A stretch of DNA of 63,283 bases, the filler included, from Actinomycetota bacterium (GTDB lineage: Bacteria; Actinomycetota; CADDZG01; JAHWKV01; JAOPZY01): NCBI GenBank assembly GCA_025963875.1. It is 8 parts of 8 records of this genome, joined end to end, with 100 filler letters (N's around TTAATTAATTAA, not from the genome) between each part and the next. Parts side by side here need not be neighbours in the genome. Positions count along the whole stretch, not along the records: positions 1 to 10,474 come from JAOPZY010000129.1; positions 10,575 to 13,312 come from JAOPZY010000215.1; positions 13,413 to 20,440 come from JAOPZY010000230.1; 5 more parts are not named here. One strand, given 5' to 3'. A program made the position numbers and the translations under genes. Under the pieces are notes generated by a model. That model searched no databases. It was not told where the DNA came from and saw only the letters and a program-made list of their open reading frames with translations. Below are positions 9,055 through 17,833 of the stretch, piece after piece (positions within the stretch are counted from its first letter, which is position 1; each line of letters starts with the position of its first letter).

Positions 9055-10356
9055 ATGGCCGAGCCGGAGCTGGCGGTCGTCTACTCCCCGCGGGAGTGGG
9101 CGAACCGGGTCGTCCGCCACATCACCGACCACGGCGGGGGCCGGGTCCGTCTGCGGGTGGTCGACCGCCGGGTCTGCCTCGAGGAGGAGTTCGACGTGCT
9201 CATCGCCGAGGACGTCACGTCCTTCCTCGACGGTCGCCTCGTCCTGGAACTCCGGCGGCGGGGGCGGCAGATCCTGGGCGTGTACGACCCGAAGGAGCCC
9301 ACCGGTAAGGAGCGTTTGCTCGAGCTGGGCGTCGACGACGTCATCGAGGACAGCGCGCCGGCCGAGGAGTTCGTGCGAAAGATCGGCAGGCTCCTCCCTT
9401 TGACGCCCAAGTTGACGCCCAGGATGACGCCCCCGTTGACGCCCAATGTCGAGCTCGCTGCCATCGCCGCCGATCTCGACAGCGCCGGCCAGACCGACCT
9501 CCCTGGGCCCGCCCACCCCGTGCACCGCCTCCGCGGCAGTGTGTGCGCCGTTGGCGGTCCGCCCGGCGGCTGCGGGGCCAGCGAGGTCGCCGTCGAGCTC
9601 GCCCGCGCCGGGCGGCGCCGGGGAGACACCTGCATGCTCGTCGACGCCGACGAGGTCGCCCCCTCGCTGGCGCAGCGGCTGGGACTGCCGCCGATCCCGA
9701 ACATCCGCACCGCCATCGACGCCCTCTTCCACGGCGCCGGACGCCTCCATGACGCCCTCCTGCCCGTGGCCGAGGGTGGGTTCGAGCTGCTCGCCGGTTT
9801 GGCCAACCCGTCAGATTGGCCCCAGGTCCGGCCTCAGGAGGCGGCCGAGGTCGTGGCCGAGCTGCGCAGCCTCCGCGACCACGTGATCGTCAACGTCAGC
9901 GCTCATACGGAGGACCTTCCCCGCCTCGGCGCCGCCGATCGTTACGGCGTCACCCGGGAGGTGCTCGGGGCGGCGGACGTGGTCATCGGCGTCGGGGTGG
10001 CGACGCCCGTCGGCGTGGCCCGCCTCATCTCCTGGATCGCCGACGTCGTGGTCCTCGCCGCCGGCACGCCGGTCCACCTGGTGGTCAACAAGGTGCCGGC
10101 GAGCCGTTTCGTCCGTGGCGAGGTGGAGGCCGAGATCCTACGCAACTACGCACCGGCATCGCTGCACCTCCTTCCTCTGGACCCCGCTGTGGAGAAGGCT
10201 GCCTGGCGGGGGGAGCTCGTCGGCCTGGGGCCGTTCACCAGGGGGGTCGAAGGCCTTGCGACCGCCGCCCTCGCACGGTCGGCCCCCAGCGTCCCGGCGC
10301 CGAGCCAGCGAGCGGAAACCAAAGGCCCCCTCCGCCGCCGTGGAGGTCGGGCGTGA
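9055..10356 (+). CDS. CpaE/TadZ-like protein (atypical receiver plus MinD/ParA-type domain)
   Basis: Deviant P-loop GGPPGGCGASEVA, LVDAD, LVVNK; Tad gene context. Confidence 0.75.
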   Translation: MAEPELAVVYSPREWANRVVRHITDHGGGRVRLRVVDRRVCLEEEFDVLIAEDVTSFLDGRLVLELRRRGRQILGVYDPKEPTGKERLLELGVDDVIEDSAPAEEFVRKIGRLLPLTPKLTPRMTPPLTPNVELAAIAADLDSAGQTDLPGPAHPVHRLRGSVCAVGGPPGGCGASEVAVELARAGRRRGDTCMLVDADEVAPSLAQRLGLPPIPNIRTAIDALFHGAGRLHDALLPVAEGGFELLAGLANPSDWPQVRPQEAAEVVAELRSLRDHVIVNVSAHTEDLPRLGAADRYGVTREVLGAADVVIGVGVATPVGVARLISWIADVVVLAAGTPVHLVVNKVPASRFVRGEVEAEILRNYAPASLHLLPLDPAVEKAAWRGELVGLGPFTRGVEGLATAALARSAPSVPAPSQRAETKGPLRRRGGRA

Positions 10357-10474
10357 TCGCCCCGCCCGACGCCTACGCCTCGATCCGCCGGGCCGTGCTC
10401 GATGCGGTCGAGGAGGCCAAGCTCGACCCCCGGTCCGACACCGGGGCGGTGCGGGCGCTCGTGGTGAAGGCGGT
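10353..10474 (+). CDS. Probable CpaF/TadA ATPase N-terminus, truncated at contig end
   Basis: GTGA overlap with the upstream gene and GGAGG RBS; identity inferred from gene order only. Confidence 0.45.
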
Positions 10475-10574
10475 NNNNNNNNNNNNNNNNNNNNNNNNNN
10501 NNNNNNNNNNNNNNNNNNTTAATTAATTAANNNNNNNNNNNNNNNNNNNNNNNNNNNNNNNNNNNNNNNNNNNN
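10475..10574. other. Artificial contig linker
   Basis: N-run, TTAATTAATTAA six-frame stop, N-run; 100 nt. Confidence 0.99.
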
Positions 10575-10643
10575 GGTGTTCATGTCGTTGGTCATTGCGG
10601 CGAAGCCAGGTCAGGCCCCGGCGCCCACCGTTACGCCGACCGC

Positions 10644-11675
10644 TCACGGACGGACGAGGACTTTGAGCGCTTCGCGGTCGGCCATGGCCCGGTAGCCCTC
10701 CGGCACCTCCTCGAGGCTGACGGTCCGGTCGAACACGCGGCCGGGCTGCAGCGTGCCGTCCAGCACGTCGGGCAGGAGTTCCTCGATGTAGGCCCGGGCC
10801 GGCGCGACGCCGCCGGTGAGGGTGACGTTGCGCATGAACACGTCGAAGTCCATCGGAACCTCCGGGTACTGGGGGGCTCCGACCCGGCTGACCACGCCAC
10901 CGTCGCGCACGACGGCGAAGGCGGTCTCGATGGCCGGCCTCAGACCGACGCACTCCAGCACGGTGTGCGTGCCGTCGCCACCCGTGAGCTCATGCACCTT
11001 CTCGACGCCCTCCTCGCCACGCTCGGCGACCACATCAGTGGCGCCAAACTCGCGGCCGAGATCGGTGCGGTCCTTGTGCCGGCCCATCAGGATGATCCGC
11101 TCGGCGCCGAGCCGCCTGGCGGCGAGCACCGCGGACAGCCCGACCGCGCCGTCGCCGATAACTGTCACCGTCGTGCGGGGGTTGACTCCGGCCTTCACGG
11201 CGCAGTGGTGGCCGGTGGGGAAGACGTCAGACAGGGTGAGCAGAGACGGCAGGAGTGCGGAGTCCTCACCAACCGGCAACTTCACCAGGGTGCCCTGCGC
11301 CTGGGGCACCCGCACCGCCTCGCCCTGGCCGCCGTCGCTGTCCCGGCCCCACAATCCGCCGTGCCGGCAGGAGGTCTGCAGGCCCTCGGTGCAGAAGTCG
11401 CAGGTGTTGTCCGCCCACATGAACGGGGCCACCACGAGATCGCCGGCATTGAGGCCGGACACCTCTGAGCCGACGTCCTCCACGACGCCGAGGAACTCAT
11501 GACCCATGCGGCTTCCCTGATCGGACGCCGCCATCGACCGGTAGGGCCACAGGTCGCTCCCGCAGACGCAGGCGTGCAGCACCCGCACCAGCGCGTCGGT
11601 GGGTTCCTGTAACGTCGGGTCGGGCACATCCTCCACGCGGACGTCGCCGGCGCCGTAGATCAAGGTTGCTCTCAT
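10644..11675 (-). CDS. Zinc-dependent alcohol dehydrogenase (MDR family)
   Basis: CVCGSD, GHEFLG, CDFC...C structural zinc site, GDGAVG. Confidence 0.93.
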   Translation of the reverse strand: MRATLIYGAGDVRVEDVPDPTLQEPTDALVRVLHACVCGSDLWPYRSMAASDQGSRMGHEFLGVVEDVGSEVSGLNAGDLVVAPFMWADNTCDFCTEGLQTSCRHGGLWGRDSDGGQGEAVRVPQAQGTLVKLPVGEDSALLPSLLTLSDVFPTGHHCAVKAGVNPRTTVTVIGDGAVGLSAVLAARRLGAERIILMGRHKDRTDLGREFGATDVVAERGEEGVEKVHELTGGDGTHTVLECVGLRPAIETAFAVVRDGGVVSRVGAPQYPEVPMDFDVFMRNVTLTGGVAPARAYIEELLPDVLDGTLQPGRVFDRTVSLEEVPEGYRAMADREALKVLVRP

Positions 11676-11749
11676 GATGACTCCCTTCGTCGTTGAGGTG
11701 TGCGTGGTGTGCCGTGGTCTCGTCAGAGTTCCCGCCCGCAGGCCCTCAG

Positions 11750-11972
11750 CTAAGGGCCCGATGAGCGGGGGACGAGCTTGATCGTCGTGGAACGCGCGCC
11801 TGGGCTGTTGATGCGATCGGTGATGCTCTTGGCGTATCGCCGGTACTTGGTCCGGTAGGCAGCATCGATCTGGTTGTCGATGCTGTGGTCCGCGTCCACG
11901 AAGGCGACGTCTTTGTTGACCCCACCGGCACGGATGTGGCCTTCGCGTCGTACCCGGGTGCCACGGAACCTC
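11750..11972 (-). pseudogene. 5'-truncated DUF2255-like gene remnant
   Basis: FRGTRVRREGHIRAGGVNKDVAF...IDAAYRTKY looks like the C-terminal half of DUF2255; no room for the N-terminal half before the upstream SDR stop. Confidence 0.6.
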
Positions 11973-11987
11973 GGCTGATCATGCGGA

Positions 11988-12941
11988 TCAGCTATGGAAG
12001 TAGTGGCCCTTATCGAGGTCATCGACGAGCCCGGGATGTGTCGGCTGCCAGCCCAGTAGCTCGCGGGTCAGCGCGCTCGAGACCGGGTTGTCGGCCGCGA
12101 GGAAGCCGGCCAGGAAGCCGAAGTGCTCGCTCGCCTCGTCGGCAGGGACGGAGACCACCGGGAGGTCGAGATGCCGCCCGATCACCTCGGCGATGGCGCG
12201 GATCGGCACGCCCTCGTCCGCGACCCCGTGCAGCGTCGATCCCGCCGGCGCCTCCTCCAGCGCCAAGCAGAAGAGGTGCGCGGCATCGATGCGGTGTACG
12301 GCGGACCAACGGTTGGACCCGTCGCCGATGTAGCCGGAGACGCCCTTGTCGGCGGCGATGCCGACCAGGGCCGCCATGAAGCCGTTGTCTCCTTCACCGT
12401 GCACCGTCGGGGGGAGTCGCACGACCGACGAGCGGACGCCGCGGGAGGCGAGACAGAGCGTCATCTGCGCATTGGCCATCCGACTCTGCGCATGCGCATT
12501 GGCCATCCGAGTCTGCGCACCGCCGATCAGAGGCGCCGCAGCCGAGTCGGGACCGTGCCCGTCCCGTTCGGTCCCCACGCGCCCCGGTGCGAGCCCGAGT
12601 GTCACGGAGGCGATGACCAACGGCCGATCAGAGCCCACAAGCGCCTCGCCGAATGTCTCGACGGCGCGTCGGTCCGCGTCGACCGCGCCCTTGAAGTCCC
12701 CCGAAAAAGCGATGTCGTGCTTGAAAGCGAGGTGGATCACGCCATCCGATGCCCCGGCCGCACCGTGCAGGGCGTCGAGATCGTCAAGATCGCCGCGATG
12801 TACCCGGACCCCAGCCTCGGTGAGGGCAGCGGCCGAGGCGTCCGAGCGGGCGAGGCCGGTGACCTCATGGCCCGCGCCGATGAGCTCGGGAACAACTGCG
12901 GAGCCGATCCATCCGGACGAGCCAGTGACAAAAACGCGCAT
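11988..12941 (-). CDS. Extended SDR / NAD-dependent epimerase-dehydratase
   Basis: MRVFVTGSSGWIG Rossmann motif, VIHLAF, VVRLPPTVHG; GGAGG RBS. Confidence 0.9.
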   Translation of the reverse strand: MRVFVTGSSGWIGSAVVPELIGAGHEVTGLARSDASAAALTEAGVRVHRGDLDDLDALHGAAGASDGVIHLAFKHDIAFSGDFKGAVDADRRAVETFGEALVGSDRPLVIASVTLGLAPGRVGTERDGHGPDSAAAPLIGGAQTRMANAHAQSRMANAQMTLCLASRGVRSSVVRLPPTVHGEGDNGFMAALVGIAADKGVSGYIGDGSNRWSAVHRIDAAHLFCLALEEAPAGSTLHGVADEGVPIRAIAEVIGRHLDLPVVSVPADEASEHFGFLAGFLAADNPVSSALTRELLGWQPTHPGLVDDLDKGHYFHS

Positions 12942-13012
12942 GCCCAACCTCCATATATGTCGATCACCCTCGCCTCAGCGGATGCCGAGGCTGCGCCTGG
13001 CTCTTGGATCAC

Positions 13013-13058
13013 AGTACAGACTGTACTCTCGATTCTGGTCGAGATCAAGGGCTATAAT
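13013..13058 (+). promoter_or_regulatory. Palindromic operator AGTACAG-A-CTGTACT (13013-13027) and -10 TATAAT (13053-13058) of a leaderless tetR
   Basis: Perfect 7-1-7 palindrome in the divergent SDR/tetR gap; TATAAT ends 7 nt before the ATG. Confidence 0.65.
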
Positions 13059-13065
13059 TCGCCGC

Positions 13066-13312
13066 ATGAGGAGGCCACCGTCCAAGCTGGTCCAGCGACT
13101 GCTCAGTGCGAGCGAGGAGGTGCTGCGCCCAGACCGGGCACTTCGGTTGGAGGACATCGCCACACTGGTCGGCTCAGCTCGCGCGACGCTCTACTACCAC
13201 TTCTCTGGCCGCGACGACCTGGTCGCGTTCCTACTGGAAGAGCACCTGCGCGTCGCCGCCGAGACAATCGAGCTCGCCGTCACAACCACCCGGCCACCAG
13301 TCGTCCAGCTGC
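13066..13312 (+). CDS. TetR-family regulator, 3'-truncated
   Basis: LRLEDIATLVGSARATLYYHFSGRDDL helix-turn-helix. Confidence 0.9.
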
Positions 13313-13412
13313 NNNNNNNNNNNNNNNNNNNNNNNNNNNNNNNNNNNNNNNNNNNNTTAATTAATTAANNNNNNNNNNNNNNNNNNNNNNNNNNNNNNNN
13401 NNNNNNNNNNNN
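13313..13412. other. Artificial contig linker
   Basis: N-run/TTAATTAATTAA/N-run. Confidence 0.99.
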
Positions 13413-14523
13413 GCGGCGCTGGCTGCCCTACACCGCCGGCGGGATCGCCGGGACCGTCGTCGCCGTGGCGGCGCTCGCCACGAGTGGCGTGTTTGCCGGT
13501 AGCACCTCGGGCCGGACCGCCTCCGGCAGCGCAGCCGCCCGCGCGGCAAGGGCACCCGCCGTGGCCGGCAGGGCGCCCGGAGGCACCGGCGCCCAGGCGG
13601 TGCCGACGGGGACTGCCTCCGCCCTCGACATCCGGGCGGTGCTACGGGCGGTCGAGCCGGGCGTTGTGGTCATCACCGACTTCACCGCCGGTTCTACCGG
13701 CAGTACCCAGGCGTCCGGGCAGGGCACCGGCATGGTGCTCGACACGCAGGGCGACGTCCTCACGAACGCCCACGTGGTGGCCAACGCCACGACGGTGAGC
13801 GTCCAGGTCTTCGGCCAGACGAGCGTCCACCAGGCGAAGGTGCTCGGCGTCGACACCACCGACGACGTTGCCCTCATCCAGATCCAGAACCCGGGCAAGC
13901 TCACGCCCATCCCGCTCGGCTCGTCTGCCGGGGCACAGATCGGCGACCCCGTCGTCGCCATCGGCAACGCCCTGGGGCTCAGCCCCGGCGGGCCGACCGT
14001 CACCTCGGGGATCATCTCGGGCCTCGGGCGGTCGCTCAGCACGAACACGGAGCGCCTGACGGGGCTGCTCCAGACCGATGCCTCCCTCAACCCGGGCAAC
14101 TCCGGCGGCCCGCTGGCGGATGCCTCCGGCAAGGTGATCGGGATGAACACCGCCGTCTCGACCGACGGCCAGGGCGTCGGCTTCGCCATCCCCGTCGACA
14201 AGATCACGCCGCTCATCGACCAGCTGAAGAAGGGCAACACGGCCGCCAGGCCCCAGGGCTTCCTCGGTGTCAGCCTGTCGACCGCGACCTCGGGGGGCGC
14301 CCAGATCACCGCCGTCACGGCCGGCACGCCGGCGGCGGCAGCCGGGCTGCAGGTCAACGACGTCATCACGTCCATCGACGGGCACCCCGTCACCTCCAGC
14401 ACCGACGCCGCCGACTACATCACCTCGCAGGCCCCGGGCACCAAGGTCACCATCCAGTACCAGCGGGGAGGAGCGGCCCAGACCGCCACGGCCACCCTGG
14501 CACCGAAGGGGTCCACCGGCTAG
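13413..14523 (+). CDS. HtrA/DegP-like S1C serine protease with PDZ domain, 5'-truncated
   Basis: LTNAHVV, DVALI, TDASLNPGNSGGPL; C-terminal PDZ. Confidence 0.93.
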
Positions 14524-14542
14524 ACGGCCGGCCGGTCAAATC

Positions 14543-14564
14543 CAACAGCAAACTCACAGCAAAC
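14543..14564 (+). promoter_or_regulatory. 11-bp direct repeat (caACAGCAAAC/tcACAGCAAAC), putative OmpR-family (PhoP-like) box
   Basis: Resembles the mycobacterial PhoP consensus TCACAGC-N4-TCACAGC; lies upstream of the response regulator. Confidence 0.55.
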
Positions 14565-14639
14565 CCTTAGGGGGTCCCCAGATTGCCAGCACATACTGCC
14601 CCATACTGGGTCACAGGAAGCAACAAGGAGGTGTCAGCT

Positions 14640-15326
14640 GTGGGTGAGGCCCGCATTCTCGTCGTGGACGACGAGCCGTCGATCACGGACGCTGTCTCGA
14701 CGGCGCTGCGGTACGAGGGGTTCGAGGTAACCGAGGCCGGCGGCGGCCGGGAGGCCCTCAAGGTCGCGGGCACGTTCAAGCCCGACCTGATCGTGCTCGA
14801 CGTCATGCTGCCCGACGTCGACGGTCTCCAGCTCACCCGTCGGCTGCGCAACGACGGCGTCCGCACCCCCATCCTCTTCCTCACCGCGAAGGACGCCACC
14901 GAGGACAAGGTCACCGGCTTGACGGTCGGCGGCGACGACTACATGACGAAGCCGTTCTCGCTCGCCGAGGTCGTGGCGAGGGTGCGGGCCATCCTGCGCC
15001 GCACCAGGGGCGGTCCCAAGGCCGAGTCGGTGCTGTCGTTCGCCGATCTCGTCCTGGACGAGGAGACCCACGAGGTCCGTCGCAACGGGGTCGAGGTCCA
15101 CCTCACTGCCACCGAGTTCAACCTGCTCCGCTACTTCATGCTCAACCCCCGGCGGGTGCTCTCGAAGGCCCAGATCCTCGACCACGTGTGGGACTACGAT
15201 TTCAACGGGGACTACAACGTGGTGGAGACCTTCGTGTCGTACCTGCGCAAGAAGCTGGACCGCCTGGGGCCGCCGCTCATCCACACAATCCGCCTCGTCG
15301 GCTATAGCCTGCGGACGGGAGAGTAG
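14640..15326 (+). CDS. OmpR-family response regulator (PhoP/TcrX-like)
   Basis: ILVVDDE, LDVMLPD, FLTAKD, DDYMTKPF, winged helix; GTG after AGGAGG. Confidence 0.93.
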   Translation: MGEARILVVDDEPSITDAVSTALRYEGFEVTEAGGGREALKVAGTFKPDLIVLDVMLPDVDGLQLTRRLRNDGVRTPILFLTAKDATEDKVTGLTVGGDDYMTKPFSLAEVVARVRAILRRTRGGPKAESVLSFADLVLDEETHEVRRNGVEVHLTATEFNLLRYFMLNPRRVLSKAQILDHVWDYDFNGDYNVVETFVSYLRKKLDRLGPPLIHTIRLVGYSLRTGE

Positions 15327-15332
15327 GCCAGG

Positions 15333-16880
15333 TTGTCCCTCCGCGGGCGGCTCCTGGCCGCCTCGCTCGCCCTGGTGGCCGTCGGCCTGACCGGGGCCGG
15401 AGTCTTCACGTATTTTGCCTTTCAAGCTTTCCTGCAGCACCGGCTTGAGAGTCAACTGTTGGGAGCAACGCGAGGGATCTCGCAGTCGTTGGGAGCCGGG
15501 CGCTTGACGCAGGTGCTGGGCGACCAGGTCGCCATAACGTTCCCCGGCATCTTTTTCGAGGTGCTGGACCCGCAGGGAGGCTTGCTGATCGGCACGAGGA
15601 ACGCACCGGCGCCCGTGCTGCCGACGCCCCTGCACATCCCCGCGGAGCCCGGGCAGCTGGGCAACCCGTTTTCGGCAAAGTCGTCAGCCAGTGGTGACGT
15701 GCGGTACGAGGTCCAGGTCTCCAACCTGGGGTCGTCCACGGCGGTGGTCGCGCTGCCCGAGAACGTCTCCAAGACCCTGGCGAACCTCGTCTGGGTCGAA
15801 CTCCTCGTCGGGCTGGGCGTGCTCGCCGCGACAGCGGCTCTCGGCTCGTGGCTGGTCCGCCTCGGCCTCCGCCCATTGGTGGAGATCGAAGGCACGGCGG
15901 GGAAGATCGCGGCGGGAGACCTCACCGAGCGGGTGGCCCGCGCCGACGACCGGACGGAGGTTGGCCGCCTCGGTCAAGCCCTCAACGCCATGATGTCCCG
16001 CATCGAGGCGGCCTTCGAGGAGCGGCGGGCGTCGGAGGCGGCCCTCCGTGCCTCCGAGGAGCGCCTGCGGCGGTTCGTCTCAGACGCCTCCCATGAGCTT
16101 CGGACTCCCGTCGCGTCGGTTCGGGCCTACTCGGAACTCTTCCGGCGAGGTGCCGCCCGCCACCCCGAGGACCTGCCCCGCCTGATGGCCCGCATCGAGT
16201 CCGAGGCAGCCCGGATGGGCCTGCTCGTCGAGGACCTGCTGCTGCTCACCCGCCTCGACCAGGGGCGGCCCCTGGAGATGGCGCCGGTGGACCTGGGGGC
16301 GCTTGCCGCCGACTCCGTGGAGGCCGCACGGATCATCGATCCCGAGCGGCCCATTACGCTGCACGTCGAGGGCTCGGTCGAGGTCATCGGCGACCGTGAC
16401 CGCCTCCGCCAGGTGACCGACAACCTGCTGGCCAACGTCCGGACCCACACTCCTCCCGCCGCCGCGGCGTCGGTCACGGTTCGCCTCGCCGGCGACCGGG
16501 CCATCGTCGAGGTGGCCGACTCCGGGCCGGGCATCGACCCGGAGGACGCGGAGCACATCTTCGAGCGCTTCTTCCGCTCCGATCCCTCCCGTGCGAGGGA
16601 CAGGGGCGGGTCGGGCCTCGGGCTCTCCATCGTCGCCGCCATCACGGCGGCCCACGGGGGGACGGCATCGGCAACCAACCGGCCCGGGCCGGGCGGGGGG
16701 GCCATCTTCACGATCAACCTGCCGGCCCTGGTCGAGGTCGGTTCGGGGCCGGCCTCCAATGGTGCGAAGCAGGATCACCCTGACCTGCAGGCAGGATCGG
16801 AGCCGGACCACACCCCAGGCGACGAGGTCGGCGCCCTCGTGCATCTGCCCCGAGACCCGCCCGGCCTCTCCTCGCGTTGA
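15333..16880 (+). CDS. HAMP-domain sensor histidine kinase
   Basis: Two TM segments, HAMP, DASHELRTP H-box, NLLAN, DSGPGI, GSGLGL. Confidence 0.93.
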   Translation: MSLRGRLLAASLALVAVGLTGAGVFTYFAFQAFLQHRLESQLLGATRGISQSLGAGRLTQVLGDQVAITFPGIFFEVLDPQGGLLIGTRNAPAPVLPTPLHIPAEPGQLGNPFSAKSSASGDVRYEVQVSNLGSSTAVVALPENVSKTLANLVWVELLVGLGVLAATAALGSWLVRLGLRPLVEIEGTAGKIAAGDLTERVARADDRTEVGRLGQALNAMMSRIEAAFEERRASEAALRASEERLRRFVSDASHELRTPVASVRAYSELFRRGAARHPEDLPRLMARIESEAARMGLLVEDLLLLTRLDQGRPLEMAPVDLGALAADSVEAARIIDPERPITLHVEGSVEVIGDRDRLRQVTDNLLANVRTHTPPAAAASVTVRLAGDRAIVEVADSGPGIDPEDAEHIFERFFRSDPSRARDRGGSGLGLSIVAAITAAHGGTASATNRPGPGGGAIFTINLPALVEVGSGPASNGAKQDHPDLQAGSEPDHTPGDEVGALVHLPRDPPGLSSR

Positions 16881-17725
16881 GCTGGGCAACCCTGCCAACC
16901 CGCCCGACCGCACTGGTCTTGGCAATCTCGCTGGCTCTGGCCGTGGCCGGCTGCGGTACCCGGGCACCTGTTCCGTCCGCCTCCCCAACGCCGACGAGCG
17001 TCGCGCCCGGGCCGGTCGCTTCGACAACCGCTCCGGCCTTGCCGACCGCCGCTCCGGCCACCCCAACCCCGCCGCCACTCCCGGCTTCCCTGGTGGGCAG
17101 CGAGTGGAGTCGCCTACCGACCACGCAAAAGGTGGTAGCCCTGACCTTCGACGCCGGAAACAACGACGGCGGCGTGGCCTCGATCCTCGCAACGCTCCGC
17201 GCCACAGGTACACCTGCGACCTTCTTCCTCAACGGCCGGTGGGTCCAGGCGCACCCGGCCGACGCCCGCCAGATCGCTGCCGGCGGCTTCTCGATCGGCA
17301 ACCACAGCGCCGACTTGGTCCACTTCCCGACCCTCAGCGACGCCGAGGCTCGCCAGCAGATCCTGGAGGGAGCCCAGATCATCAAGTCGGTGACCGGGCG
17401 CGACACCCGGCCCTGGTTTCGATCCCCGTTTGGTGACCTCGACGCCCGCACCATCAAGGTCGTGAATTCCCTCGGCTACGGCAGCGTCTTCTGGACGACG
17501 GGCACCCAGGGCTACCTCGGGACGTCGGGGGGCCAGTCGGTGTCCTCGGCGGTCACCCGGGTGCTCGGTAGCCTCCAGCCCGGCGAGATCGTGATCCTGG
17601 AGGTCCAGGCGAATGCCACCGATCACTCCACGCTGGACGCCGACGCCTTGCCCACCATCATCCGGGAGGTCCAGCAACGGGGCTATCGGTTCGTCAGCCT
17701 GGACCAGTTCATGCGTACGGGTTAA
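16877..17725 (+). CDS. Polysaccharide deacetylase (NodB) family lipoprotein
   Basis: Lipobox VAGC, VALTFDAG, ATFF, IGNHS, FRSPFG. Confidence 0.85.
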   Translation: MSWATLPTRPTALVLAISLALAVAGCGTRAPVPSASPTPTSVAPGPVASTTAPALPTAAPATPTPPPLPASLVGSEWSRLPTTQKVVALTFDAGNNDGGVASILATLRATGTPATFFLNGRWVQAHPADARQIAAGGFSIGNHSADLVHFPTLSDAEARQQILEGAQIIKSVTGRDTRPWFRSPFGDLDARTIKVVNSLGYGSVFWTTGTQGYLGTSGGQSVSSAVTRVLGSLQPGEIVILEVQANATDHSTLDADALPTIIREVQQRGYRFVSLDQFMRTG

Positions 17726-17732
17726 TGCGGAC

Positions 17733-17785
17733 GGCGGAAAAGTCCGGAACTTTTCGCGTGCATACACGCGATTCTTTCCGAACTT
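17733..17785 (+). repeat. Degenerate core of the intergenic nested-hairpin repeat family
   Basis: CGCGTG-CATA-CACGCG-ATTC...AACTT aligns with the core of 62260-62448. Confidence 0.6.
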
Positions 17786-17833
17786 ATCCGTAGCTGCACA
17801 GCTTGTCTCAAGCCTGGGCGCCGAAGGCCCAGC

